A stretch of DNA of 64,000 nucleotides from an uncultured delta proteobacterium (lineage in GTDB: Bacteria; Desulfobacterota; BSN033; UBA1163): NCBI GenBank assembly GCA_963827685.1, contig CAWHBU010000001.1, forward strand, positions 224,001 through 288,000, given 5' to 3'. Below the pieces are notes generated by a model. That model was not told the origin of the DNA. It did not search any database and saw nothing but the letters and a program-made list of their open reading frames with translations. Within the stretch, counting starts at the first letter, position 1. Every line of letters starts with the position of its first letter. The translations under genes were made by a program, and so were the position numbers. Of this stretch, positions 49,406 to 58,940 are shown one piece after another.

Positions 49406-51379
49406 CTACGTCACACCCTTCAGATCTTCCAACTCCAGGGCGAGGGATTCCCAAGATTGAGTAAGTTTTTTTACCTGTTCTTTAACTTGTTTATGGGTCT
49501 GAACGGTTTCGTAAGTCTCTTGCTGATTTAGATAGAGATTGGGGTCAGAAAGCCTTTGATTCAGTTGATCCAGTCTTTGAGTGGCTTCATGTAAAGATTT
49601 TTCTACTTCCTGAAATCTTTTTTCGAGGCTCGACAGTTGCCGTCGGAATTGATCCATCTGTCGAGCCTTTATTCTCCTCTCCTCCTTAGCCATAACCTTT
49701 GACTTCTTTATCGCAGATCTTTCTTTTTCCTCGACCTCGGCTTGAACCTGAACCTCTTTCTTCACCTCTTCTTTTTGGATCTGTTGCTTTTTATAAAGGT
49801 AATAGTCGTAGTTTCCAGGATAGAGATGAGGGATGCCTTGATCGATTTCGATGATTTTGTTGGCTATCTCATTAATTAAATGGCGGTCGTGAGTAATTAA
49901 ACAGATTGTTCCCTGAAATTGTTTCAAGGCTATCTCCAAAACATTTCTGGACGATATGTCGAGATGGCTGGTGGGTTCGTCAAAGAGAAGAAAGTTGGCA
50001 GGCTTTAAGAGGATCTTTGCCAGAACCAGCCGGCTCTTCTCCCCACCGCTTAGAACCGAGACCTTTTTTTCAATCTCATCTCCGGTAAAAAGAAAAGTGC
50101 CTAAGAGTGTTCGAAGCTCGGTTTGACTTTCATCCGTGGCGATGGAGAGCAATTCTTCAAAGACTGTATTTTCTGGACGGAGGATATCGAACTGATGCTG
50201 GGCAAAGTAGGCACGGGTCACATCCTTTCCTAAAATGACTTCACCTTGTTCGAAATCGAGAACGCCGGCTAAGATCTTGACGAGGGTGGACTTTCCTGCT
50301 CCATTGGGACCCACCAAAGCCACTTTATCTCCCCGGGAGAGAGTGAGATCAATGCCTTGATAGACAACCGTTTCCCTGTAACGTTTGTAGAGATGTTTAA
50401 CCTCCACCACTTTATGGCCGCTTCGCTTCGGCGCAGGGAAGTGAAATCGGATCTCTTTTTTTCCTGCTGGAAGTTCAATCCGCTCTATTTTTTCGAGCAT
50501 CTTGATCCGGCTCTGGACCTGACTTGATTTGGTATTTTTAGCCCTGAATCGCTCGATAAACCGTTCCGTTTGCTCAATCTTCCGCTGTTGAGTCTTAAAA
50601 GTGGCCTGAAGAATTTGTCCCCGGGCTTCTTTCTCCTCCCAATAGTGGTCATAATCACCGTAATAGAGATCGATCTGTTGAGCTTCGATCTCTGCAATCC
50701 GATCGATGAGATGGTTAAGAAAAACCCGATCGTGTGAGACGATCACCATGGCACCCGGGTAATTGATCAAGAATTCCTCCAGCCAGATAAGCGAGGCCAG
50801 GTCCAGATGGTTGGTTGGTTCATCGAGCAGAAGAAGGTCAGGAGATTGAAGAAGGATTTTCGCCAAGGCAATTCGCATCAGCCAACCCCCGCTTAATTCA
50901 TCGGTGAGCCGATTGAAATCTCCCTCCTTAAATCCTAATCCTTGAAGGATGCGCTTTGCCTCAGCTTCCAGGCCATATCCTCCGAGGATGGTATAGCGCT
51001 CCTGGAGCTTTCCATATTCCCTTGCCAGCCTCTCCTGTTCTTGGGGATCCTCAATGGTTGAAAGTTCTTCCTCCAATATCTTCATCTTGTCCTGGAGGGA
51101 GGTAATGCTGGTCAGGCTTTTTAAGACTTCGTTAAGAACAGTATTGCCTCTAAAGGAAATCACTTCTTGAGGGAGATAGCCAATCTTTACCCCTTTGGCG
51201 ATGAGGATCTCGCCTTCGTCAACGGATTCCTCCCCTAAGATCATTCTGAAAAGAGTCGTCTTCCCTGAACCATTGGGGCCGATGAGGCCGACCCGATCCC
51301 TCACTCCAATTTGAAGGGAGCAATCCTTGAAAAGAACTTTGCTTCCAAATTGTTTCTGAACATGGTTGAGAGTGATCAT
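49406..51379 (-). CDS. ABC-F family ATPase
   Basis: Two NBDs (GPNGSGKT, LSGGW, DEPTNHLD; GPNGAGKS, LSGGE), no TM segments, C-terminal coiled coil. Confidence 0.95.
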   Translation of the reverse strand: MITLNHVQKQFGSKVLFKDCSLQIGVRDRVGLIGPNGSGKTTLFRMILGEESVDEGEILIAKGVKIGYLPQEVISFRGNTVLNEVLKSLTSITSLQDKMKILEEELSTIEDPQEQERLAREYGKLQERYTILGGYGLEAEAKRILQGLGFKEGDFNRLTDELSGGWLMRIALAKILLQSPDLLLLDEPTNHLDLASLIWLEEFLINYPGAMVIVSHDRVFLNHLIDRIAEIEAQQIDLYYGDYDHYWEEKEARGQILQATFKTQQRKIEQTERFIERFRAKNTKSSQVQSRIKMLEKIERIELPAGKKEIRFHFPAPKRSGHKVVEVKHLYKRYRETVVYQGIDLTLSRGDKVALVGPNGAGKSTLVKILAGVLDFEQGEVILGKDVTRAYFAQHQFDILRPENTVFEELLSIATDESQTELRTLLGTFLFTGDEIEKKVSVLSGGEKSRLVLAKILLKPANFLLFDEPTSHLDISSRNVLEIALKQFQGTICLITHDRHLINEIANKIIEIDQGIPHLYPGNYDYYLYKKQQIQKEEVKKEVQVQAEVEEKERSAIKKSKVMAKEERRIKARQMDQFRRQLSSLEKRFQEVEKSLHEATQRLDQLNQRLSDPNLYLNQQETYETVQTHKQVKEQVKKLTQSWESLALELEDLKGVT

Positions 51380-51432
51380 TGATCGCTCAAAATGAGAGAG
51401 ACATTACTCGTCAATTTCTGGTATATCCTTAT

Positions 51433-51632
51433 TGGGCGGGGTTAGAAAACCCCGCCTATCGAGATAGGCGGGACATTCCTGTCCCGCAGGGGATATTGTG
51501 AAGCTTCCCGGCCGCCGGCCTGGGCTTCCCGGGCACGCAGTGGCGAGCGGGATGCGAGCAAAGGAAATATCGTTTTAGTGGTGCCCCTTGACCCCGCCTA
51601 AAAGGCGGGGCTTGCGGGGCACTTGCCGGTCA
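51433..51632. repeat. Cluster of REP/MITE-like GC hairpins
   Basis: GGCGGGGTT/AACCCCGCC, GCGGGACA/TGTCCCGC, CCCCGCCT/AGGCGGGG. Confidence 0.65.
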
Positions 51633-51651
51633 GATATGGATTCGAAGGGGT

Positions 51652-51996
51652 TTAAGTATCGTATTTATCAAAATGATAACCCGCTTTCTTATAATCCTCC
51701 AAGGCACGGGTTTTCAAATCCTCTCGTTTTGTTTTTTCCGCTTCCTTATCTGCTAATTCTGCCGCATGGCTCCATTTCCCCTCTTTTTCGTATTCCTTTA
51801 TCTTCCGATCTGTTTCGGCAACCGGACTTCCTTTGATGACCACCGCAGGGGCAAAGAGAACCCGGGAGATAGGATTCTTACATTTGGGGCAGAGGGTTAA
51901 GGCAGACTCCGTCATCCTTTGGATGACCTCAAAACCTCGTCTACAATGATTGCAACCCTTTCCTGAATCCACAGCTCGATACGCGTAGGTTGGCAT
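51652..51996 (-). CDS. FmdB-family zinc ribbon protein
   Basis: MPTYAY...C..C..FEVIQ.M....L..CP.C; GGAGG RBS. Confidence 0.85.
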   Translation of the reverse strand: MPTYAYRAVDSGKGCNHCRRGFEVIQRMTESALTLCPKCKNPISRVLFAPAVVIKGSPVAETDRKIKEYEKEGKWSHAAELADKEAEKTKREDLKTRALEDYKKAGYHFDKYDT

Positions 51997-52109
51997 TCTT
52001 CTTCCTCCGCCTGCATACAAAAAATAATACTTCCACTCGAATTGTCAAGGGGGAAAGCCCTGTGTTATAAAACAGTGTCAAATGTCAAAGCCCAAATGTC
52101 CAGATAATA

Positions 52110-52182
52110 AAGGTTGAGGCTGAGGTTAAGGTTGAGAAAAGATGCAATTCTTGACCTTAACGTTAACCTTGACCTAAACCTA
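52110..52182. repeat. Hexamer-periodic inverted repeat (AGGTTG)n/(YAACCT)n
   Basis: aggttg aggctg aggtta aggttg ... cttgac cttaac gttaac cttgac ctaaac. Confidence 0.75.
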
Positions 52183-52194
52183 ATTTTATCGACA

Positions 52195-53019
52195 ATGACT
52201 CCTTATCAAAACCTTTATATCTACGAGATTTCCGGAGAGATTTCGGATTCAAGGAATTTTTTTAAGGAAGATTACATCGGCTGTTGGAATGAAGGGGAAA
52301 CCTCCTTCCTTTTCTTTTCTCAACCCCACGATGTGGAGGTGGAGTCATTGATCGAAAAGAAAGGATGCCCTCTCCTCTCAAGAAATATCCTGGATTACAA
52401 GGCTTGGCAGGCCGGTGAAGAATTGAAACCTTTTAAGGTGGGTAATCTTGTCATCTCTCCTCCTTGGGAAAATGAAAAGGTTGAGGAAGGAGAGGTCTTG
52501 GTTCGTTTAGACCCCTGCATTGTTTTTGGTACAGGGTATCATCCAACGACCCGAAGCTGTCTTAGAGCCCTTTGGGAGATCTATCAAAAAGAGAGGCCGA
52601 AGAAAGTCTTGGACCTTGGAACGGGCTCAGGGATTCTTGCCCTGGCTGCCGCCAAATGGGGAGCTGAAAAGGTGCTTGCCATTGACTGTAATGAACTGGC
52701 TGTGGAGACGGCGCTGCGAAATGTCTTGTCCAATGGAGAATTTCAACGAATTGAGGTGAGGAGGGGAAAAGCTGAGGATTTTCTTGAAGAGGAAGGGGAC
52801 TTAATTTGTGCCAATATCCATCTTCAAGTCATCGAGTCCCTGTTAAAGAAAAGGGCCTTCTTCAAGAAAAGATGGTTCATCCTTTCAGGAATCTTTGAAA
52901 AAGATGCGGAGGAGATTGAGAGAAGATTGAAACGAAAGTCTGTTAAACTTGTTCAGAGATTACAAGAGAAATACTGGTTGACCTTAGTCGGCTTAAATGA
53001 AGGTGGCAAGGGCGGTTAA
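52195..53019 (+). CDS. prmA: Ribosomal protein L11 methyltransferase-like
   Basis: PPWE, DP..VFGTG.HPTT, VLDLGTGSGILA, ANI, LSGI. Confidence 0.82.
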   Translation: MTPYQNLYIYEISGEISDSRNFFKEDYIGCWNEGETSFLFFSQPHDVEVESLIEKKGCPLLSRNILDYKAWQAGEELKPFKVGNLVISPPWENEKVEEGEVLVRLDPCIVFGTGYHPTTRSCLRALWEIYQKERPKKVLDLGTGSGILALAAAKWGAEKVLAIDCNELAVETALRNVLSNGEFQRIEVRRGKAEDFLEEEGDLICANIHLQVIESLLKKRAFFKKRWFILSGIFEKDAEEIERRLKRKSVKLVQRLQEKYWLTLVGLNEGGKGG

Positions 53020-53037
53020 ATTTATGATGAATTTACG

Positions 53038-53308
53038 CTTGCCCGCCCCCAGTTTTTCCTCATCCTTTCCAGGCTGGATGAAATGGATATAACTTGTTAC
53101 CTGGCCAACCCCCTCCTCGAGGCTTCATAAGGCCGATTTCTTAGAGAGTAATTTGTAACCTGACCGAGGAACATTAGGGACTTCCTTATTACGTTGAGGT
53201 CCATGTGGCCAAGCGCGAAGCGGTGCGGCCTGTGAAGCCTCTCTGGGGGGCTCGGCCGGGGGGCATGTTCCCAAAAGCTCAGAGCTTCTAAAAATGGGGG
53301 AGGGCAAG
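53038..53308 (+). other. Unassigned long structured element (ncRNA or MITE)
   Basis: Terminal arms CTTGCCCGCCCCCAGTTTTT/AAAAATGGGGGAGGGCAAG; inner stem 53119-35/53226-41 with G-U pairs. Confidence 0.45.
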
Positions 53309-53468
53309 TAGATTTACGTTATTGACTTCAATTTTTGATTGTGTTAAAAAAAATCACGTTTTGCCCACACTCAAAATCCCAAAAATTTAAAGTTTCTCTA
53401 AATTTTGATGGAATAATCCTCGTTCTCATTTCAAGAGGGTGGAGTCAACCGTAAATTTTGGGGGAAAT

Positions 53469-55439
53469 ATGAAATCGATTTTTAAAAGATCAACCCTCAT
53501 TGGTCTCGTCATCTCTTTCTTGCTTTTTTTAGGCTCAGGAGTGTTGGGAGCGGCAACGCCCGTTTCTAAAAAAGAGGGTGCCAAGCCCGCAGGGGTGACC
53601 AAACCTTCTGATCCTGGAAAAAAGGCAGAAAAATTCATCATCAAAGGTCGGGAATACTGTTATGAATGTATCGACAACTCTGAATGTTTGGGTTGCCACA
53701 CTAAAATCAGCGAAAGGAAGTTTGCCCAGTCTGTTCATGGAGCCAACTCCTGCAACAGCTGCCACTACGATATCACAGATGTCAAAGCCCATGCCAAAGC
53801 AAAAGGCGCAAGAATTCATCCAGAGCCGGTCACCTGCCATCGATGTCATAAAAAAGAAGGGGCGGAACATTATGCGAGTGCCCATTTCATCAATGACATT
53901 CAATGTAAAGACTGCCATCAAGACATTCACCAGATGACTCCGTGGAAAGGGGATAAAGTCCGGGTCATCCAGAAATGCACGACATGCCACTCCGATGATG
54001 GCTACTCGGAGAGCGTCCACGGCAAATCCGCTCTCGAGGGAAACCCGGATTCCCCCGATTGTAGCGATTGCCATGGTCTCCATAAAATTCCTATATTAAA
54101 AGGGGACGAACCCAAGACCGTGGAATTCCGGAAGGAGTTCCATACCGAGGTTTGCCAAAAATGTCACGCGGATAAAGAGATGATGGAGAGAAACAAGGTT
54201 TTTCTCATTGCCACGCAAACCTATTATGAAAGTTATCATGGAAAGGTGGAGCATCTGGGTTACCCGAAATTGGTGGCGGGTTGCGCTGACTGCCATGGAT
54301 TTCACAACATTCTGCCTCAAGATAATCCAAAGTCTCTCATCTCGGAAAAACGCTTAGTAGAGACCTGTGGCAAGTGCCACACGAGGGCCAATACCAACTT
54401 CGTGCAATGGATTCCTCATGCGACCCATAACGATCCTGAAAGAGAACCCGTGCTCTACGGAACCTTCGTTCTGATGACCGGTCTTCTCGTTTCTGTGTTT
54501 GGAGTCTTTTGGTTTCACACCTTTCTCTGGTGGCGGAAAGACTTCTGGGAGAAGAGGGAGTTGAGGGCCAAGGGGATTTTCTTCCCGCAACATGTGAGGC
54601 CTGATGAAGCAGGTCAAATCTATCGCCGATTTAGCTCTTTTGACATCGTGATCCATTTTACAATGATGGTGACCTTTATCGGCCTTGTTCTGACTGGGCT
54701 CCCATTAAAATTTTCTCATGCCCCGTGGGCCATCGGTCTGATGCACTTTTTAGGAGGGGCGAGGATGGCGGGATTGATTCATCGTATCTGTGCCGCCATC
54801 ACGTTTGCCTATTTCGGAACGACCATGGCCTACATCTTCTATTTCCTCTTCTTCAAAAAGATCCATGGGAATCCCAATCCCTTGCAGAAACTTTTCGGCC
54901 CGGATTCGCTCTGCCCTCGTTGGAAAGACATTCAAGACATCATCGGGATGATTCGCTGGTTCTTTAACAAAGGGCCGAAACCTCGGTTTGACCGGTGGAC
55001 CTATTGGGAGAAATTTGATTTTCTCGCTGTCTTCTGGGGAATGTTCGCCATCGGACTTTCGGGATTGATGCTCTGGTTTCCAGAATTCTTCACCATCTTT
55101 TTACCCGGATGGATTCTCAACATTGCCACGATCGTCCATTCGGATGAAGCACTTCTGGCTTCCGGCTTCATTTTCACGGTCCATTTCTTCAACACCCATT
55201 TTCGGCCTTCGAAGTTCCCAATCGATACAGTGATCTTCACAGGAAGGTTTCCAAAATACGAACTGGTGGAGGAACGGCAGGAACAGTATCATCGCCTGCT
55301 GGCGGAGAAGAGATTGGAGACCTATCGGGATAAATATCCCAGTGTCATGACAGACCTCTTCTCGACGGTTATGGGATTTGCCATGCTGGCCATCGGGCTT
55401 CTGTGCGTCTTCCTGATTGCGTGGGAATTCCTTGTATAA
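53469..55439 (+). CDS. cbcL: CbcL-like nonaheme cytochrome c fused to a cytochrome b membrane domain
   Basis: Signal peptide, nine CxxCH, then TM domain with H..., TGLPLKF, HR, YWEKFDF.AVFWG, HSDEALLA, HFF. Confidence 0.85.
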   Translation: MKSIFKRSTLIGLVISFLLFLGSGVLGAATPVSKKEGAKPAGVTKPSDPGKKAEKFIIKGREYCYECIDNSECLGCHTKISERKFAQSVHGANSCNSCHYDITDVKAHAKAKGARIHPEPVTCHRCHKKEGAEHYASAHFINDIQCKDCHQDIHQMTPWKGDKVRVIQKCTTCHSDDGYSESVHGKSALEGNPDSPDCSDCHGLHKIPILKGDEPKTVEFRKEFHTEVCQKCHADKEMMERNKVFLIATQTYYESYHGKVEHLGYPKLVAGCADCHGFHNILPQDNPKSLISEKRLVETCGKCHTRANTNFVQWIPHATHNDPEREPVLYGTFVLMTGLLVSVFGVFWFHTFLWWRKDFWEKRELRAKGIFFPQHVRPDEAGQIYRRFSSFDIVIHFTMMVTFIGLVLTGLPLKFSHAPWAIGLMHFLGGARMAGLIHRICAAITFAYFGTTMAYIFYFLFFKKIHGNPNPLQKLFGPDSLCPRWKDIQDIIGMIRWFFNKGPKPRFDRWTYWEKFDFLAVFWGMFAIGLSGLMLWFPEFFTIFLPGWILNIATIVHSDEALLASGFIFTVHFFNTHFRPSKFPIDTVIFTGRFPKYELVEERQEQYHRLLAEKRLETYRDKYPSVMTDLFSTVMGFAMLAIGLLCVFLIAWEFLV

Positions 55440-55770
55440 GTCTGGCGTATTGAGTTCGCCTGCCTGCCCTGCCTACCGCAGGCAGGCACAGGGCTCAACT
55501 TCGCCCATCCCATCGCTGGTGTTGAATTGGACTTTGAGTGCGGCTTGAGGAAGAGGGCAAAGGAACAAATTGAGAAGCAGAATAGTAAAAGAAGCCAAGG
55601 ATTCATATTCCTTTGAATTTCAATTGAATCCCCCCGCCCTTCAATCTAATAAGTTGGTATTTCAAAATTAAGCCAATACAAGGGTCTTGGTTCATCTGTA
55701 AAACGGTCGCCCTTGAAATAATTTTGAAACTTTGTGAAAATGAAGCTTCAGGGGGACTCGGGGGTTCCTT

Positions 55771-57930
55771 GTGGAGACGGTAAAAGAATTTTATGATTTG
55801 GTAAAGACCTTTTGGATCGATGTGTTCTTTGCTTTCAGGAAGGGAACAGAAACTCACCTCAAGGCAATAAAGATTTTCCTTGTCTTTTGCATCGTTATCT
55901 TTATTATTCTCCTCGGAGTTGTTCTAAGATTTACAGAATCCTCCACTTTCTGCGGTCTCTGTCACCAGATGAATGCCTATATGGACTCCTGGAGAACCTC
56001 CAGCCACAGACATGTGGCATGCACGAAATGTCATTATGAGCCCGGATTGTATAATCATCTGAGGGGCAAATGGGTGGATGGCCAGGTATCTCTGGCCTAT
56101 TTCGTTTCTGGTAAAAGGCCGAGTACGCCCCACGCACAGATCAGCGATGCGAGCTGCCTCCAAAAGGGATGTCACAAGACCGAAGACCTCCAGGGGGATA
56201 TGATCTATAAGAATGTGGCCTTCTCCCACGGTAAGCATTTAGGCGAATTGAGAAGGGGAATGATGCTCCGCTGCGCAAGCTGCCACGCTCAACTTGTTCA
56301 AGGGTTGCATCTTACCGTTCATGAAATCAACTGCTTCATCTGTCACTATTATAAGGCTGGTCCCAAAGGGGAAGAGGAATGCATTTCATGTGCCATAGGG
56401 GGCTGTACTTCCTGCCATGTTGAGCCAAAAGGGGATATCAAGGTCAAAGGTTGGAGCTTCAATCACAGGAAGTATATTGCGAGAGGGGTGGCCTGTGAGA
56501 AATGCCACCTGAGTGTCGTTCAAGGGGATGGCCATGTGCCAGAGGGAAAATGTGTCGAATGTCATAATGAGCCTGTCCTACTGAGTACTAAGTATACCTC
56601 CCAATTCATGCATAAGAAACATGTCACCGACCATAAGATCGAGTGCTCAAGCTGCCATACTTTTCTTCGGCACGAGATCGGACAGATTCCCACCATTGCT
56701 CATGCCCCCTCCAATTGTGATAAGTGCCACAGCGGGGAGATCCATCTTGGGCCAAGAGAGTTATACCGCGGAACTGGAGGGATTGGCGTCCCAGACTCTC
56801 CCAGCCTCATGTTTACGACGAATGTGGACTGTATCGCCTGTCATCGAAGGGGCGAGGAAAGCCAAGCTGCACTCCATACCTCAAAATATGTCGAAAGGGC
56901 GATCGGTGAGGCCTGTGTCGACTGTCACGGAGAGGGATTCGATGAGACCTTGAAGCGATGGAAAACCCTCCTTGCCAAAGCCGAGAATGAGAGTAACCGG
57001 AGGGTCTTTAATGTTCAGAACGTATTATACGAGTTTGAAAAGGCCAATGGAAGCACGGCGGCCTTCAAAAGGGCCCAAAACCTGCTCAACGAAGCTCGGC
57101 ATAATTACAGCTTTGTCCTTTTGGGCAAGGGCGTTCACAATATCGAATATGCCTTCAAACTCCTCAACGCAGCGAACAATAAGACGGAGCAAGCTTTATC
57201 GATCATCGACAAAGATTACAAACCTCAGGAATTTCAAACCCGGATGACTTGCACGAGCCTCTGTCATGTTGGGATAGAGAAGCGGACTGTTTCTTTTAAC
57301 GATATCACATTTTCCCATGACACTCACATTGCAGGTGAAGGGCTGAAGTGTTTGAACTGTCACGCTCCTCGTGAAAACCACGGCAAGACATTTATGAAAA
57401 TTTGTGCTGAATGCCATCACGGGAAGGAAGTGAAGAAAGTCAAATGTGACGATTGTCATATCAACGTTAAGAGACTTATTCAGGGAAAGGGAGGCATCGG
57501 CGTCAAGGAGAGGCCGAGTAATAAATTGGATGTTGTCGAATGTATTGATTGCCATCGTGGTGTGCCAGCAAAAAAGAAGGACAAATTCGATGCAATAAAA
57601 AAACGTTGCATCGAATGTCATGATCAGAGTTATGGGGAGATGGCCGTCCGATGGAAAGCGATCTCTGAAGAGTTGTTGGAGAAGCTGGTTCCCAAGCTGG
57701 CCCAGGTCAAAGAGGAGATCAATCGGATTGATCGCCAGAGAGGCCATACGTTTGTCTATCGAAAGTTGTATGGAGAAGCAGAGTTCAATTACAATTTGGC
57801 AAAGAATGGAAAGGGAGCCCACAACCTGGAGTATATGGAGGACTTAGTGGAATTCGCCAATCGTAGGCTGGATGAAGCAATTAAACAGATAGCCAGGAGG
57901 AAGCAAGACATCGCTCAAGGAAAGATGTAA
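55771..57930 (+). CDS. Large membrane-anchored multiheme cytochrome c with NapC/NirT-like N-terminus
   Basis: N-terminal TM, FCGLCH.M..Y.DSW..S.H; 16 CxxCH plus CX4CH and CX3CH. Confidence 0.9.
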   Translation: METVKEFYDLVKTFWIDVFFAFRKGTETHLKAIKIFLVFCIVIFIILLGVVLRFTESSTFCGLCHQMNAYMDSWRTSSHRHVACTKCHYEPGLYNHLRGKWVDGQVSLAYFVSGKRPSTPHAQISDASCLQKGCHKTEDLQGDMIYKNVAFSHGKHLGELRRGMMLRCASCHAQLVQGLHLTVHEINCFICHYYKAGPKGEEECISCAIGGCTSCHVEPKGDIKVKGWSFNHRKYIARGVACEKCHLSVVQGDGHVPEGKCVECHNEPVLLSTKYTSQFMHKKHVTDHKIECSSCHTFLRHEIGQIPTIAHAPSNCDKCHSGEIHLGPRELYRGTGGIGVPDSPSLMFTTNVDCIACHRRGEESQAALHTSKYVERAIGEACVDCHGEGFDETLKRWKTLLAKAENESNRRVFNVQNVLYEFEKANGSTAAFKRAQNLLNEARHNYSFVLLGKGVHNIEYAFKLLNAANNKTEQALSIIDKDYKPQEFQTRMTCTSLCHVGIEKRTVSFNDITFSHDTHIAGEGLKCLNCHAPRENHGKTFMKICAECHHGKEVKKVKCDDCHINVKRLIQGKGGIGVKERPSNKLDVVECIDCHRGVPAKKKDKFDAIKKRCIECHDQSYGEMAVRWKAISEELLEKLVPKLAQVKEEINRIDRQRGHTFVYRKLYGEAEFNYNLAKNGKGAHNLEYMEDLVEFANRRLDEAIKQIARRKQDIAQGKM

Positions 57931-58024
57931 GGTTAAAAACCTTCAAAACGAAAATGAGCGGCGAGACACGTCATCAAGATATACTTGACAAAAAAGTGAG
58001 AATTTAATATTTTTTTCTCAAAAT

Positions 58025-58042
58025 TTGTGAAAGGAGTCACAA
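58025..58042. promoter_or_regulatory. Rex operator overlapping the rex RBS
   Basis: TTGTGAAAGGAGTCACAA matches TTGTGAA-N4-TTCACAA; TTGACA at 57985 upstream. Confidence 0.8.
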
Positions 58043-58044
58043 AA

Positions 58045-58710
58045 TTGAAGTACAAAAAAATACCTGAGGCTACGATTAGGAGATTATCAAGGTATTCGCG
58101 GTGCTTGGAAGGGATGGAAGAAAAAGGAGAAAAAGTAGTTTCTTCTGCCCTACTGGCCAAAAAATGCATTGTGAATGCAGCTCAGGTGAGAAAGGACTTG
58201 GCCTACTTCGGTGAATTTGGGATTCGGGGCGTGGGCTATTATGTGGAAGATTTGCTCAATAACATTAAGAGGATATTGGGATCGAATAAGGAATGGAAGA
58301 TGGCGCTGATCGGCATCGGGAATTTGGGCTCCGCTCTCCTTTCTTATAAGGATTTTCTGAAGCAGAATTATAAGATCGTTGCAGCATTCGATATCGACCC
58401 TCCAAAAGTAATTGGAAGGGTCTCGGAGAAGCTGGGCAAGCCAGCGGAGGTCTTTCATATCAATAGGATTAGAGAGGTAGTACAGGAAAGGAAAATTGAC
58501 ATCGGGCTCATCACAACCCCTCCTTCGGAGGCCCAGGGCGTAGCCAATCTGCTGGTGGAGGCGGGGGTGAGAGGAATTCTCAACTTTGCACCTGTGCAGA
58601 TTACAGTCCCCGAAGGATTTGTGGTGAAGGATGTCTTTTTCACCACGATCTTGGACAATTTGGCCTACCTTTTATCAACTGAGACAGGATATCCCTTAGA
58701 CAGAAAATAG
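58045..58710 (+). CDS. rex: Redox-sensing transcriptional repressor Rex
   Basis: IPEATIRRL..Y.R, QVRKDL.YFGEFG.RGVGY, GIGNLG.AL, ILNFAP; TTG start after AAGGAG. Confidence 0.96.
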   Translation: MKYKKIPEATIRRLSRYSRCLEGMEEKGEKVVSSALLAKKCIVNAAQVRKDLAYFGEFGIRGVGYYVEDLLNNIKRILGSNKEWKMALIGIGNLGSALLSYKDFLKQNYKIVAAFDIDPPKVIGRVSEKLGKPAEVFHINRIREVVQERKIDIGLITTPPSEAQGVANLLVEAGVRGILNFAPVQITVPEGFVVKDVFFTTILDNLAYLLSTETGYPLDRK

Positions 58711-58940
58711 AGTTTTCTATTCCTCCATCCTTACGTATCAACTCTGCCATATCCGCCTGTCTGCGCCTGCCCGCACAAAACCGCTACGGCACAGGCAGGG
58801 ATTCCTGATTTTTTCAACTCCAAACGCCTGTTTGGTTCCGGCTACGCCAGGTAGGGAATTTGATTGACTCGATGGTAAAAACTACCTATATTTAAATTAA
58901 GGTTTCTTATTTTATGTCGTAAGAAGATTTGGAGAAAAAT

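Noticed and set aside
52114-52194. N-terminal extension MRLRLRLRK... of PrmA
   Set aside because: It is a translation of the hexamer repeat; ATG 52195 is the plausible start.
53339-53358. Rex box upstream of cbcL
   Set aside because: Half-sites are present but the spacing is off by one; too weak to call.
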